Below, piece by piece: positions 53,470 through 64,000 of a stretch of 64,000 nucleotides of DNA (position 1 is the first letter of the stretch; every line of letters starts with the position of its first letter). The stretch is from contig NIVC01000538.1 in the NCBI GenBank assembly GCA_002269645.1, forward strand, positions 1-64,000, read 5' to 3'. The notes under the pieces were generated by a model, which was not told the origin of the DNA, did no database searches, and saw only the letters and a list, made by a program, of their open reading frames with translations. The position numbers and the translations under genes are program-made. The stretch comes from Macrostomum lignano. Lineage: Eukaryota.

Positions 53470-54552
53470 GCGGCTCACTACATAAATGATATTGTTCTTA
53501 TATGCATAAACAAGTTGGTTATGTTGACGTCAGTGAAATTATCATCAAGATACTCAATCCTACCATAGTTATCATATTTGCTTTTCCATTCCTTATATTT
53601 ACCATAGTTTTCTTTACTGCCCGTTTCTTTAGTATACCTATTGTAAGTATATTCTCCTGTGCATCAGCAGAGCTGGCACTGGTGCTATTCCACACCTTTT
53701 TACATTACTCGGAATCAAACACATCATAATTTGCTTTTGACCACTCAGTGAATAGTTTGTACATTTCATTGCTACTGTCTATGTTGCGGAGTATGAGTGC
53801 TACCTTGTACCTCGATTGATAATCTTGGGTTTTTGTGCTGCATTATACTTTGAAATATTTGAAAAAACAACTTTGAAATTCCGTCACAGTTGGGGGGTGG
53901 AACGGTGCTTTTTAGTCCCTGTTTATCGGATTCTTGGTTTTCTTTTTTATCCTGTGGCTTAATTAATCTATTTATCTCATCAAGAATTTCATCTGGCATG
54001 TCTATTAACCCTTGGGCTTTATATGTTTGTATTCCTTAATTTCACCATCGACAAAATAGAAACCTGGTGGAGCAAATACCAAAGCTGGTTAATCAAAACC
54101 CACGCTTTTTTGAAGTGTTACTTTCAGTCCATCTACCTTCTTAAAGTAAAAGTGTTGCCTCTTGTTTGTCTCTACAATCCAATCACAATGATTCATGCAT
54201 AATTTATTCAACTCAGGGCATAGGTCAGCTTTATCAATATCGATGACAGAAATATTAGAGTTTTTCGTATCTATCCAAATCATGTCTTCATCTGGTCGAA
54301 GTGGTGGGGAGGTTGAATTCCTTTGTGCTTTGGTTGGCATTCCTGACGGTATTTTTTCTTCGTCTTACTATTCCATGTTATACTGCAATTTCCGAATCTA
54401 AAATTAAGTTTTCCATAGAGGTTAGTTAGTGTATTATACAACTTTGTTTTTTCTAAATTTCTCAACCTTGGTGGTGGTGTATAATGGTTTTGACGCGGAT
54501 CCTGTACGATCGCAGAAGAGACACTTGAATCGTTTTGATTTTTTCCTTCCAT
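53470..54552 (-). pseudogene. Viral-type AEP primase (Prim-Pol + PriCT-2), truncated
   Basis: SNISVIDID (DxD), WIVETNKRQHFYFK (His), VFAPP, then DYQSRYKVALIL...KLFTEWSK...KVWNS; stops and frameshifts; helicase part absent. Confidence 0.65.
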
Positions 54553-54599
54553 TTTATTTAAAATAAATTTAACAATATAATCCATCAGTTTCAATGTAC

Positions 54600-56470
54600 T
54601 TCTCAAGGGTTATGGGGAGTTTGAAATTTTTCAATTTCAGCATGACGTGGAATTCATCATTTCTTGTGTGCTGTCTCGACATCTATGCCCATTTATCAAC
54701 ATGTGCAAGATATACTCTGAATGAATACAAATATGGGGGACATTTACATTCGGTGTGTTTTAATATTTCTGCTTTAAGCTTCATCAAATCGAAAGCTTTA
54801 TCAATTTTCTCAATTAGTCGAAACTTTCGAGTGGGTGTTTTTTTGAGATAAATTTATAATAGAATCATAGTACTTTTGTGGCAGTGCATTGCGACCATTC
54901 GAATTATTATTGCCTTCCATTTTTTCTAAAAAAATAGCCGTTACAATCTGGTTTTTGAAGTGAGTCCGTTACCAGCAAAAGCCCTATGAGAAAAAATTCC
55001 AGAGCCTTCTTTATCAGACTGCCTACAGACTTAAAAAGAGGGGTCTAACCCATCACCCCCGAAGGGTCGCATACGAAAACTCGTTCTCCATTGTATTCCT
55101 CTCCTCCCTGTTTCAACTCGTGGAGCTCGCGTGGCTTAACTTAAGCCGCACATTTTTTTTCTATTTTTAGTAAGTGAATGAGTATCTGTCCAAAGATAAC
55201 AATGCGCTCGTGGAACACAAGTGGCGCGCTTTTTATTCAATGAGATGGTATGAATCTTGGTGCTTTTTCCTGTGAGTAGTGAGAAAAAAGTGTTGCTTTT
55301 TTGTGCAATATTTTTTAGTTTTTTACGAAGTCTTCCTAAAAAACTTTGGCTTAAGATGATTTACTACTACTACTCACAGTAGAATAGCATTAATTCAATC
55401 ATCAAACAATCAATTAAAATGCGCAGTCTTTGTATAGCGGCGCATTCCTGAGAAGAATCAGTCCACACTATTTATGAGATCGTCTTCATCGTCTTCATCG
55501 TGACCTCCAGTTACTGTGCTCTAAAGAAAATGTATTACAGGTAAGTGGTAATGGCATGAAACTTTATTGTAAAAAGCTGAATCGCTTCTTACCAGAAGCC
55601 GCACAGTTGAAACCGAGAATACATTATCTTCTCCTGGTTGTTTCGTCCGTACGTCAACCGTCCAAACGGAAACACTCTTCTCCTTGGCTTTTCCATCACT
55701 ACAAATATACTCTACTGTCTCGTGTGAAACTTTCAAACACTCGCCAAACTCTTTATCTTCGTTACTGAATCTCTCTATCGCTTTCTTTTACTTCACAATT
55801 GTCGATAGACAATAGTCAGAAAAAAATAGAGCTGGGAATTTTAGACAAATGTCATAAAAAGTTGTGTGATCACGAACCTTCCGTTTTGTTAGTCCAAAGT
55901 CCTCTGCGATCTTTTCCTCGGTGAGAGTTCGTCTTTAAAATGATATCGTTCTGGCCTGTTCCTGCGTCTTTAAAGATCCTACTTCAGCAAGAGCTTCGGA
56001 AATGAAACGAAAGTGCTTCTTGACTTCGTCTATATCCTTTGACTCTAGATCGTTTGCCAATTCGTCAAAAAGTTTGTCAAACTGTCGACTGTCAATTCGT
56101 AAGCCTCTAACATCGAGTTTTACAAGCTTCTCTCTAAGATTTCGCAAAAATATGCGCTCTTCACGATCGTTACTGGTAGCTCTTTTAGGCTTCTTAGCTT
56201 TTGGCTTAACCCCTTCCTCTAAATTGGAGAGCTGGGTTTAGAACTTGCGTACCTTTTGCGCCTCCCACTTAGTAAGAGCTTTAGTTAGTTCAATTTCTGT
56301 TCTTGTTCGTAGTTGCTTTAATTTCTCTATAACTATTTCTATATCACTCATAGTAAAATACTTTCAACAGAGAGATTCAGAGATTCTTAAAACCCAGATG
56401 AATCGCTGTGCTGGTATTTATATGAAAAGTTTTTTTTAGTTTAGTTGTTCTGTGTTAGTCATCCATTGCG
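54600..56470 (-). other. Cluster of compact, intronless, decayed ORFs of unknown function (virus-like)
   Basis: Several co-oriented short frames (e.g. 55521-55736, 55935-56147) directly upstream of the primase; no family recognised. Confidence 0.3.
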
Positions 56471-57172
56471 TAGTGGGTCCTTGTGTCTTTTGTTAAAAGC
56501 AAATAGAGGCCAGTGAATAAAACCTCATGCAACATAATGGGGGTGAAAACGAATAATTGTAACGCACACAGATTTAGAAAAGAGTGACTCACTGCGGAAG
56601 CTTTAGATTGTGCATCTATACGCAGTTACTAGTTTTTGCTTGCTTCATTGAATGGTTTAGAAAAAAATAATGGTTTGCTGAAGGCTCATTTTTATAATGA
56701 AAAAAGTAACTAATCTCAAATTGAATGACACTTTCATATTGTTTATTCTTGAAATTATATTATATTTACCCCCAAACCACACATTTCTCATGGTGTTACT
56801 CACGAAATCTCGAAAATGGCAATTTTCCAAATGTTTAAAAATGGCAAAAAATCGCTGTTTTCAGACCATTTTCACCTGTTTTTAGTCATTTTTTACCTAT
56901 TTTTCAGTGATTTTCAAATGAGTAAGGGCATGAGGGCGAGGGCAATCCCTTTTTTAAAAGTGTAATAAATTCTGAAAATATGTGTTCTGCGAAATATACC
57001 CACATGCCGATGCCCTCACCCTCAGTGCCCCCACGCCATGTCTATACCCGACCCTTGTAACTCTGACCTCCTGGTAGTAGTAGTATAATAAAAGGGGATG
57101 AGTGATCTTGTGAGTGGCGCAAACTGCGCCCGAACGCTCAATGTGGCCCAGCCCCTTTTATTATACTACTAC

Positions 57173-57829
57173 TCATGTTGTACCGGAGGTCCTCGTTCGA
57201 TAACTATGAATGCATGCGTCATGAAACCATTTTGAACAGGTGTCGCAATACGTCTGAAAAAGTAAAAAACAGGTCAATATAAACTTTTTATTTGGTACAT
57301 GACAATCGCTATACGGCTAGTTGTATAGTCGCATTAAATACATACTATGATCAATACAAATAACACCACAAGTTTAGCGTCCCTTTAACAAACAACAAAA
57401 AAGTACCCTTTAAGCAAATTTCAAAATTGGGATGATTGCTGAAATAATAAACCAAGTAAGAATAATATATGCTTACTTAAAGTTTTGAAGGTTTTTTAGG
57501 AAAGTTTTTATATGAAAATTATCATAAGGCGATACAGATAGGAATTTTCTCGAGTCCCATTTTCAAGTTTAAATCAGGCTCTTGCTTTCCAAGCAACTCA
57601 CCCAATTATCTTCTGTCTGCTTTTCGTCTTGTGCGGAACCCTCCTCTTCCCCGCACATCCAGCATAGGTCGTCGGAATTAGGTGCCCTCTGCAGTAAGTC
57701 CCACCACATCTTCATTCGCTTCAGAGACATTACTCTAGGCGCTGAGTTGAATTTAAGTGGCTGGAGTGCGTGATGCAAAGTGGTCGGCTTCAATTCGCAC
57801 CAATGGAAGCAGCGCCTCAAAGAGCTAGT
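57173..57829 (-). CDS. PHD-finger exons (57602-~57829 and 57173-57253) of the MULE-like gene
   Basis: LCWMC...EDNW|gtgagt joined to tttttcag|TYCDTCSKWFHDAC; final CxxC not found. Confidence 0.65.
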
Positions 57830-58510
57830 AAAAGTAGGAAAGGAAAAATTAAACTTAATGTAGAATTTTATTATAAGCTGGTAAAAAAGCGAACAAGACT
57901 AGTAAAAATCTGTATTTATTGTTCAAAACTGTTAGGAAAATTTTAAACATCAGTGAGCTAATTTATACAGATTAGTGAAAACTTTATCATCCTGTCTAAA
58001 ACAGCTATACAGCAGCCAAATAAATTAAAAAAGCATGTAACTCAGTTTGTTTCTGCAGCTTGCAATTGATGATTTGAAGCTTTGAAGCTATCGAAGTGGG
58101 ATAGGTTATCTATATAGAATATTTAATTGACTTTGATCTAATTCAGCAGATTTGTGCACCTGTTTCATGGTCCTTCATAGCCATCCGTATGCATATTATT
58201 TCTTCTAACGTACACGACAGAGAGACTGATACACTATTAAACGTCTATTGAGGTGAAGCTATCCGATTTTAATTGAATTTTGGCCTTACTTAGCGATAAG
58301 ACGTATCTATATGCGACGCACAGTACAAAATCATCCTATTCAAGCTGCAAAAACACAACTAATGAAAAACGAGCAATCGCCTGCTCATGAAATTTGATTT
58401 ACATTAATATATTTTCAATCATATAAGTAAAACATGTCACATTATAAAAAAAGCTTGTGAAAAAATCTATGTCGTTCTCGAAAAGCATAAAAAAGACAAC
58501 AATCGCTTAC

Positions 58511-58654
58511 TTAAAATTAACGCAGAACGGTTCGTTCAAATTCTCCGATGACGCGAGAGGATCCATAAAAGTTACGATTCCCTTGATAAGGTCGACAAAA
58601 AAGGAGCATGAAATGGTCATGTCGATAGACCGTGCCGATAATGATGGTCCTTGC
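58511..58654 (-). CDS. Ulp1/C48-like protease exon of the MULE-like gene
   Basis: ttgcag|...HDHFMLLFVDLIKGIVTFMDPL...|gtaagc after removing one T from a T6 run; His and Asp positioned as in Ulp1. Confidence 0.5.
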
Positions 58655-59129
58655 CTGCAAAGAGAAGTTGGTAACTGAGAATTTCAGCAGTTAGAAAGTC
58701 TTGAGCACTTAGTTTTCCAAATAATTTCCACATTAACTTTAAAACAAGCCGGAGCAATAAAGTTTTATTGACCACAATTTTAGACCAGTAATATCAGCAG
58801 CAAAAGGACAAGACTTTATACCTAAAGCAGTTTTTGAATCAATTCTGGCTTATAATCATTTTGCTCTCCATGGAATATCGCATCCACTTCGTAATGCATA
58901 AGGGAAACACCCCTTACGCGCCCCTTAAGTTTAGAATCTAAATGAAAATTTTGAAGAAAAAACTCTCAGATTCACTCGTTGCTACTGTAAATAGCAATAA
59001 AAAATTACGGCAGCTTACATTAAGACTTATCCAGCTGTGCTCAGTAAGAAGTGACTGGCGATCGAAGCGTCTGATAGTAAACGTACCATACTTCTCTTCG
59101 GTAACGAAACAAGTGACAACTTCATCTTC

Positions 59130-59480
59130 TTCATTAGCGCCCTTCGGCTCTGGATCAGCGCTCTTCGGTTCTTCATCAGCGCGCTTCGGCTTGGACTTAG
59201 CGCTCTTCGGCTCTGCATCGGCGCTCTCCGGCTTGGCATCAGCGCGCTTCGGCTTGGACTTAGCGCTCTTCGGCTCTACATCAGCGCTCTTCGGCTTGGC
59301 ATCTGCGCGCTTCGGCTTGGACTTAGCGCTCTTCGGTTCTGCATCAGCGCTCTTCGGCTTGGACTTAGCGCTCTTCGGCTCTGCATCAGCGCTCTTCGGC
59401 TTGGACTTAGCGCTCTTCGGCTATGCATCAGCGCTCTTCGTCTCTGCATCAGCGCTCTTCGGCTCTGCATTAGCGCCCTT
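59130..59480 (-). repeat. 21-bp coding tandem repeat (KPKSADA / KPKSAKS linker)
   Basis: tcagcgctcttcggc(t) units; minus frame gives a Lys/Pro/Ser/Ala linker with one TAG. Confidence 0.8.
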
Positions 59481-59799
59481 CGGCTTGACATCAGCGGTCA
59501 TCGGCTTGGAGTTAACTTGCTTAATTTCTTCGCCGCTGCTGTCAGTCTTGATAAAACGTCTGACTTGCGACTGCCTTAAATCCTTCTGACTAGGCGTCTG
59601 AACAGCAGATATACGCAATCGCGCCTGGATAATTTTTTTGCGACGGAAGGTCGGACGCAGTTGGAAGGGAATAGTCTTCCGCAAATAAGATGACTTGCAA
59701 CCTCTTTTAGCCCAAGCATCACCATTTGGGCGTTGCGATCCACTTTTATCTGATTTCGGACGTCTTGATAATCTTGGGGGCAAAACTTGCTGCTGTTCG

Positions 59800-61050
59800 T
59801 GGTTTACTCTACTGATTCTTTGCTTTACACAATCTAACTCTTAGCGTAAAAGCCTGCCAATTTTCAGCTGCGAGCCTTTGCGCCGGCGTACTCGGGTTTT
59901 GACCCATCGAAACCACGTTTCAACTGAAGCGTTAGCGTTTTTCGCGGTACAACTGTTACTCAGCATTTGACAGACACTCCAGAGTGGTAAAAGTGGCAAA
60001 TAAAGTCTGAAGATCTTCAACATTGCTTCTGGTGCAAAATTGGGGTTTTCTTCGCAACCTTCTTGCGCTGCATCCTGATAGACCAGTTCTGGCACTTGAA
60101 AAGGCTTAGCGAATGGTGAGCTGCTACGAAGTGAAGGTCCTAATCCCTCAAGGCAAGGATCATCTGGAAATGGTTCTACAATCTTCTCTGGGTCTTCATC
60201 GGTAATTTCTGTGAAAAAAACCATCACAGCTGCCAGATAGACTTTCGGTGTGCCGGGAAAGAACTGAAAATGCTTGCTGAACTTCAGGAGTAAGATAGTT
60301 GCTAAGAAATACTTGAAGCATAGCCTTTCATATAGAATTCACAGAGCTGATGCTGTCTGCAGTGATGAGTTGCGCAAAGAAAGTCTGAAATGTCCGCCTC
60401 ACGATTTGTTCTTTATGTCAACAGCCAGTGCAACACAGTGCAGCAGATGTGAACTGCAGATGAAAACGATTGGATGCCTTGGAGGCCTGGCATCAGCAGC
60501 AGTTAGACGCTTGTATTGTTTTTTTTCAGGTAGGTCTCCAAGTCCATAATACACGCTGCTCGAACAAAACCATGCAGAAAAACCCAACTGAAATCAGTGA
60601 CGAAGACGCGGGGTCCCACTTTACCTGTTTCCCAAATTCCGCGATCACTAAAGCGAGCGAAATTGAGCAAAAAGGAATCAATCCAAGCAGTTACATCTTC
60701 AGTCGTTGTAGACTCTAAACAGCTTCCGTAATTGGCGTTAAAATAACAGATTCTGTTCTTACAACCATACTGTAAAGAAACACCTTTTCTGGAACGAACT
60801 CAGACCTTGCACAAGTTGCATCGACAAAAAAAAAGAGTGTAAGGATCTTTTCTAAGCAACTGACTAAGCGGGTGCTGCTGATCGGACGGAGCAGTAGAAG
60901 ACAACTCCAAAAGGGGCATTAATGATGCGCTGGATATAACCTGAGACATTCGCTGGGCTGCATAGAAGCTTTCGACTTTCGAAGCTTTCGAGACTCGAAA
61001 CTTTATACACGATTGTGTCAAAATAGTTGAAAATTGAATTGTGTCCAATT
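59800..61050 (-). pseudogene. Mutator-like (NOF/Foldback-type) transposase, disrupted
   Basis: FVDATC, VFLYSMVV..PITE, FVTDFSW..H...YL, ICSSH (CxxH), LPLLPLWS...NASVETWFRWVK. Confidence 0.65.
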
Positions 61051-61199
61051 TGAAGAGGATTTGTAAAGGTAAAAGTGGAGCGACGCTATAGAGGATTTAG
61101 TAAAATTCTTGCGAAACTGGACAAGCAAATTGTCTCTAGCTAATTACAACTTCCTGAGTTCGGCTAGCCAAATTGCTGCTTGCCGGTTTTGGTTGGATT

Positions 61200-61363
61200 C
61201 TCGCTAGCAGATTTCGGTAAGCAAAATCCTCGCTAGCAAAATTCCTGCTAGCAAGCTTCGGCTGGCAAACTTCGGCTAGCAGACCTCGGCTAGCAGATTT
61301 CGGCTAGCAAATTTCGGCTAGCAGATTTCGGCTAGCAAACTTCGGCTAGCAGATTTCCTGCTA
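61200..61363. repeat. 14-bp tandem repeat ttcggctagca(a/g)a(t/c)
   Basis: About ten units; the array continues as tagcaaatctcg after the mariner. Confidence 0.85.
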
Positions 61364-62668
61364 CGAGGGGCACTAGATAAGTTTTTAGCTGCGGTCAAAC
61401 CGTTTATTCAAATTAGGCCATATTTTCTGAGCATATTGAATTAGAAGTTTTATCATGGTCCCCAAAGTTTCATGCACCTAATTGTCACCATTCTCTCACT
61501 GTCGCATTTTATCTCAACAAGGTTTGTGACTCTTTCAGCACTGTAATGGAGCTAAATCGTGAACACTTTCGTGCCATGATTTTCTACGATTTTAAGAGCG
61601 GCTTGACATTTCACCAGTGCCACGAGCGGCTGTCTGCTGCCTTTCCTAACCTTGCGCCATCCATCGCCACCGTCACCGCCTGGTTCCGGGAGTTCAAGCG
61701 TGGCCGAGACAGCTTGGAAGACGAAGGTCGAACCGGCCGACCTGTTTCAGTGACGACACCTGAAACTATCGACCGCGTGCGGCGCATGATTGAGGCTGAT
61801 CGGCGAGTGACGTATCAAACGATTGAGGCATGTCTTGGAATCTCATCGCCGACAGTCGCTTCTATCCTTCGTGATCACCTCGCTGTCCGCAAGCTGACCA
61901 GTCGCTGGGTGCCGCATTTGCTCACCACCGAGCAGAAGCAGGCCCGCATGAGCTGGTGCCAGGAAATGCTGGACAGGTTTGGCGGAGGGACGTCGAAGTC
62001 TGTCACAGACATTGTCACATGTGACGAAACGTGGGTGTATTGCTACGAACCCGAGCGGAAATGCCAGTCGCGTGTGTGGGCTTTTGAAGATGAAGCCCCG
62101 CCGACCAAGGTTGTCAGGGGTCGGAGCACTGGCAAGCAAATGGTGGCAACTTTCTTCCGAAAGACTGGCCACATTGCGACTGTAGCACTCGAGAGCCAGC
62201 GCACAGTGACTGCAGATTGGTACTGCACCGTCTGCCTGCCACGTGTCATCAGCAGCCTTAAAGAGGCGCGGCCAAAGTGCGGCGTTCGAGGTCTCTGGCT
62301 GCACCAGGACAACGCCAGTGCGCACACGGCGAATCGAACTCGAGAGTTTCTACAGACGGTGGGCTTCCAGCAGCTCAGTCATCCACCATATTCACCTGAC
62401 CTGGCACCGTGTGACTTTTTTTATTTCCATTCATCAAGAATTCCATGCGAGGGTGCCGATTTTCCTCCGCCGAAGAGGCTGTTGATGCCTATAGATCGGC
62501 CGTTGAGGGGGTATCCCACTCAGAGTGGCGCCACTGCTTTGAAACTTGGTTTGAGCGGATGAGGCGGTGCATCCAAGCTGATGGAGAGTACTTTGAAAAG
62601 CTCTGAAAGTTTCATCTTTATAACTGTTACATGTCGACCGCAGCTAGAAACTTATCTAGTGCCCCTCG
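61364..62668 (+). mobile_element. Mariner element, 1305 bp, near-intact DD34D transposase (61546-62606)
   Basis: 33-bp TIR with 1 mismatch, TA TSD; WVPHLL, CDETW, HQDNA, YSPDLAPCDF; single frameshift in a T7 run restores FLFP...GEYFEKL*. Confidence 0.96.
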
Positions 62669-63096
62669 TAGCAAATCTCGTACTCCCAGCTTTTCAGTCC
62701 TTCATCTGGTTAATAATATCGACTAGGTCATTTGGGCCTTTATCTGAAGCACCTTGAGATCGACTGCAGGACTATCGAACAACTGCCAAGGAGCAGCTAT
62801 CAGACTTGAACTTTTGCACGCTTTTTTCGTAAAGTTCAGTAGGCCGCGCATCTTTATTTTTAGATTTTTCTGATACAAACTCGCGTGACTCGCTAGATTC
62901 CATGTTGCCACAGATGGCGCACACTTTTTCTGCAGTAATTAGTTCATGCCCAGAATGATGCACCAATGCACCAATTATCATAAATATGGTTTCAACCATA
63001 GACTAAATTCTTAGCAGAAGAATCAAACACAAGTGCATGCAAATATGTAACACTCCCACAAATGCCAAAAGAAGACTGTCATGCATTGTAGAGGTA

Positions 63097-64000
63097 TCAC
63101 TTGTAGACAAGCCGATCCGGTGGTCGACTAACCCGTGCGCTCCGACGGAGTTCCTGGGCGCCGGATGGCAACGGTCCTAACTGGATCTGACTGGTGGGAT
63201 TTGGTGGTGTAGTGACGGTCTCACTGAGGGCTGGATTGACGTCCGTAGATTTTGAATCCGAGGGCTTCGAATCAGCCACCGGAAGCTGGTCCGTACGAGC
63301 TTGAATGTCTGACCGATGAACGAGTCTGTTCGGTGCCTCCCTAAATGTATTAGAACCAACGGCAGACTTCAGCTTAGTAGGGAAACGCTCCTCCTTGTGC
63401 TCCACTCGAATGAACACGGGAGTTGGCTGCTGACTTGGCCTCGACCACTCAGTGCAAGCGGCGGACAAACGTGTCCTTGGCAACTGCTGAAAGATCAGTA
63501 GAGCTGGTATTGATCCGTTGCAATGAGGTGTAGTGTTCTGGAAGAGACAAAATCCCGCAATGTGCCGATCTAAGGCAGAGAAGTCCGCGTTGGCTTTCAT
63601 CTTACGCAGATAAAACTTCAGTTCTTCTATGACCCTCTCGACCTGGCCATTGGACTGATGGTGTCCTGGAGGTGTGCAGACGTGTTCGACACAATTGTCT
63701 TTCAGAAACATGGAGAACTCCTCAGCAACGAACGATCCACCGTTATCCATGACTATAGACTTCGGTAATCCAGTGTACTTGAATGTTTGTCTGCTTGCGG
63801 CAACAATTGATGAAGCTGTCAGTGAGTTCACATGTTAGACGTCGACCCATTTTGAAAAGGCGTCGACCATCACCAGAAGTCTGCGACCTTTAAATGTTGC
63901 AATATCAACGTGAACTCTTTCAAAGAAATTCTGCGCTTCCGACCACGAGGACAAGTTAGCATTGACTCTCTTTCTGGCGTGAAGCTGACATTGTACACAT
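63097..64000 (-). mobile_element. Gypsy (Mag/K02A2.6-like) integrase 3' part, running off the window
   Basis: ERVHVD, MVDAFSKW, VMDNG, HQSNGQVER, NTTPH, LRRSAR..RPPDRL; one stop; weak PPT/TG near 63052. Confidence 0.88.

Noticed and set aside
54400-54440. TNLYGK resembling pPolB motif B
   Set aside because: No upstream Lys in register or other polymerase motifs; lies in the primase N-terminus.
58942-59589. 215-aa plus-strand SALFGLD-repeat ORF
   Set aside because: Antisense shadow of the minus-strand KPKSADA repeat, which is collinear with the MULE gene.

Overview
Eukaryotic, animal-type DNA (AT-rich intergenic sequence, GC-rich exons, GT-AG introns, tRNA-derived SINEs); an invertebrate is inferred and the species cannot be fixed from sequence. 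Host-like genes are few: a spliced atypical Rab-like GTPase with a 4.4-kb (GTCT)n intron, intronless eL43/RPL37A and eL42/RPL36A, an intronless WW + 4x CUE-like protein, and a RecQ helicase 5' exon. Most of the window is nested mobile DNA: an I-group LINE with RNase H, a hAT element with perfect TIR/TSD, two mariners, SINEs, palindromic MITEs, Polinton/adintovirus remnants (two pPolB, adenain protease, membrane ORF), Crypton-like tyrosine recombinase fragments inserted in one pPolB, a viral-type primase block, a spliced Mutator/NOF-like transposase-Ulp1-PHD gene, and two Gypsy integrases. The most unusual locus is 44.3-51.4 kb (minus strand). An uninterrupted Gypsy integrase ORF has no protease/RT/RNase H upstream and instead appears fused to a spliced basic ORF with a 2A-like motif. 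It is followed by two tandem [RING-RING-WPIP] cargo genes, a polypurine tract and an LTR-like segment. Several frameshifts sit in homopolymer runs and may be assembly errors. All domain calls come from motif recognition by eye; no database searches were run.
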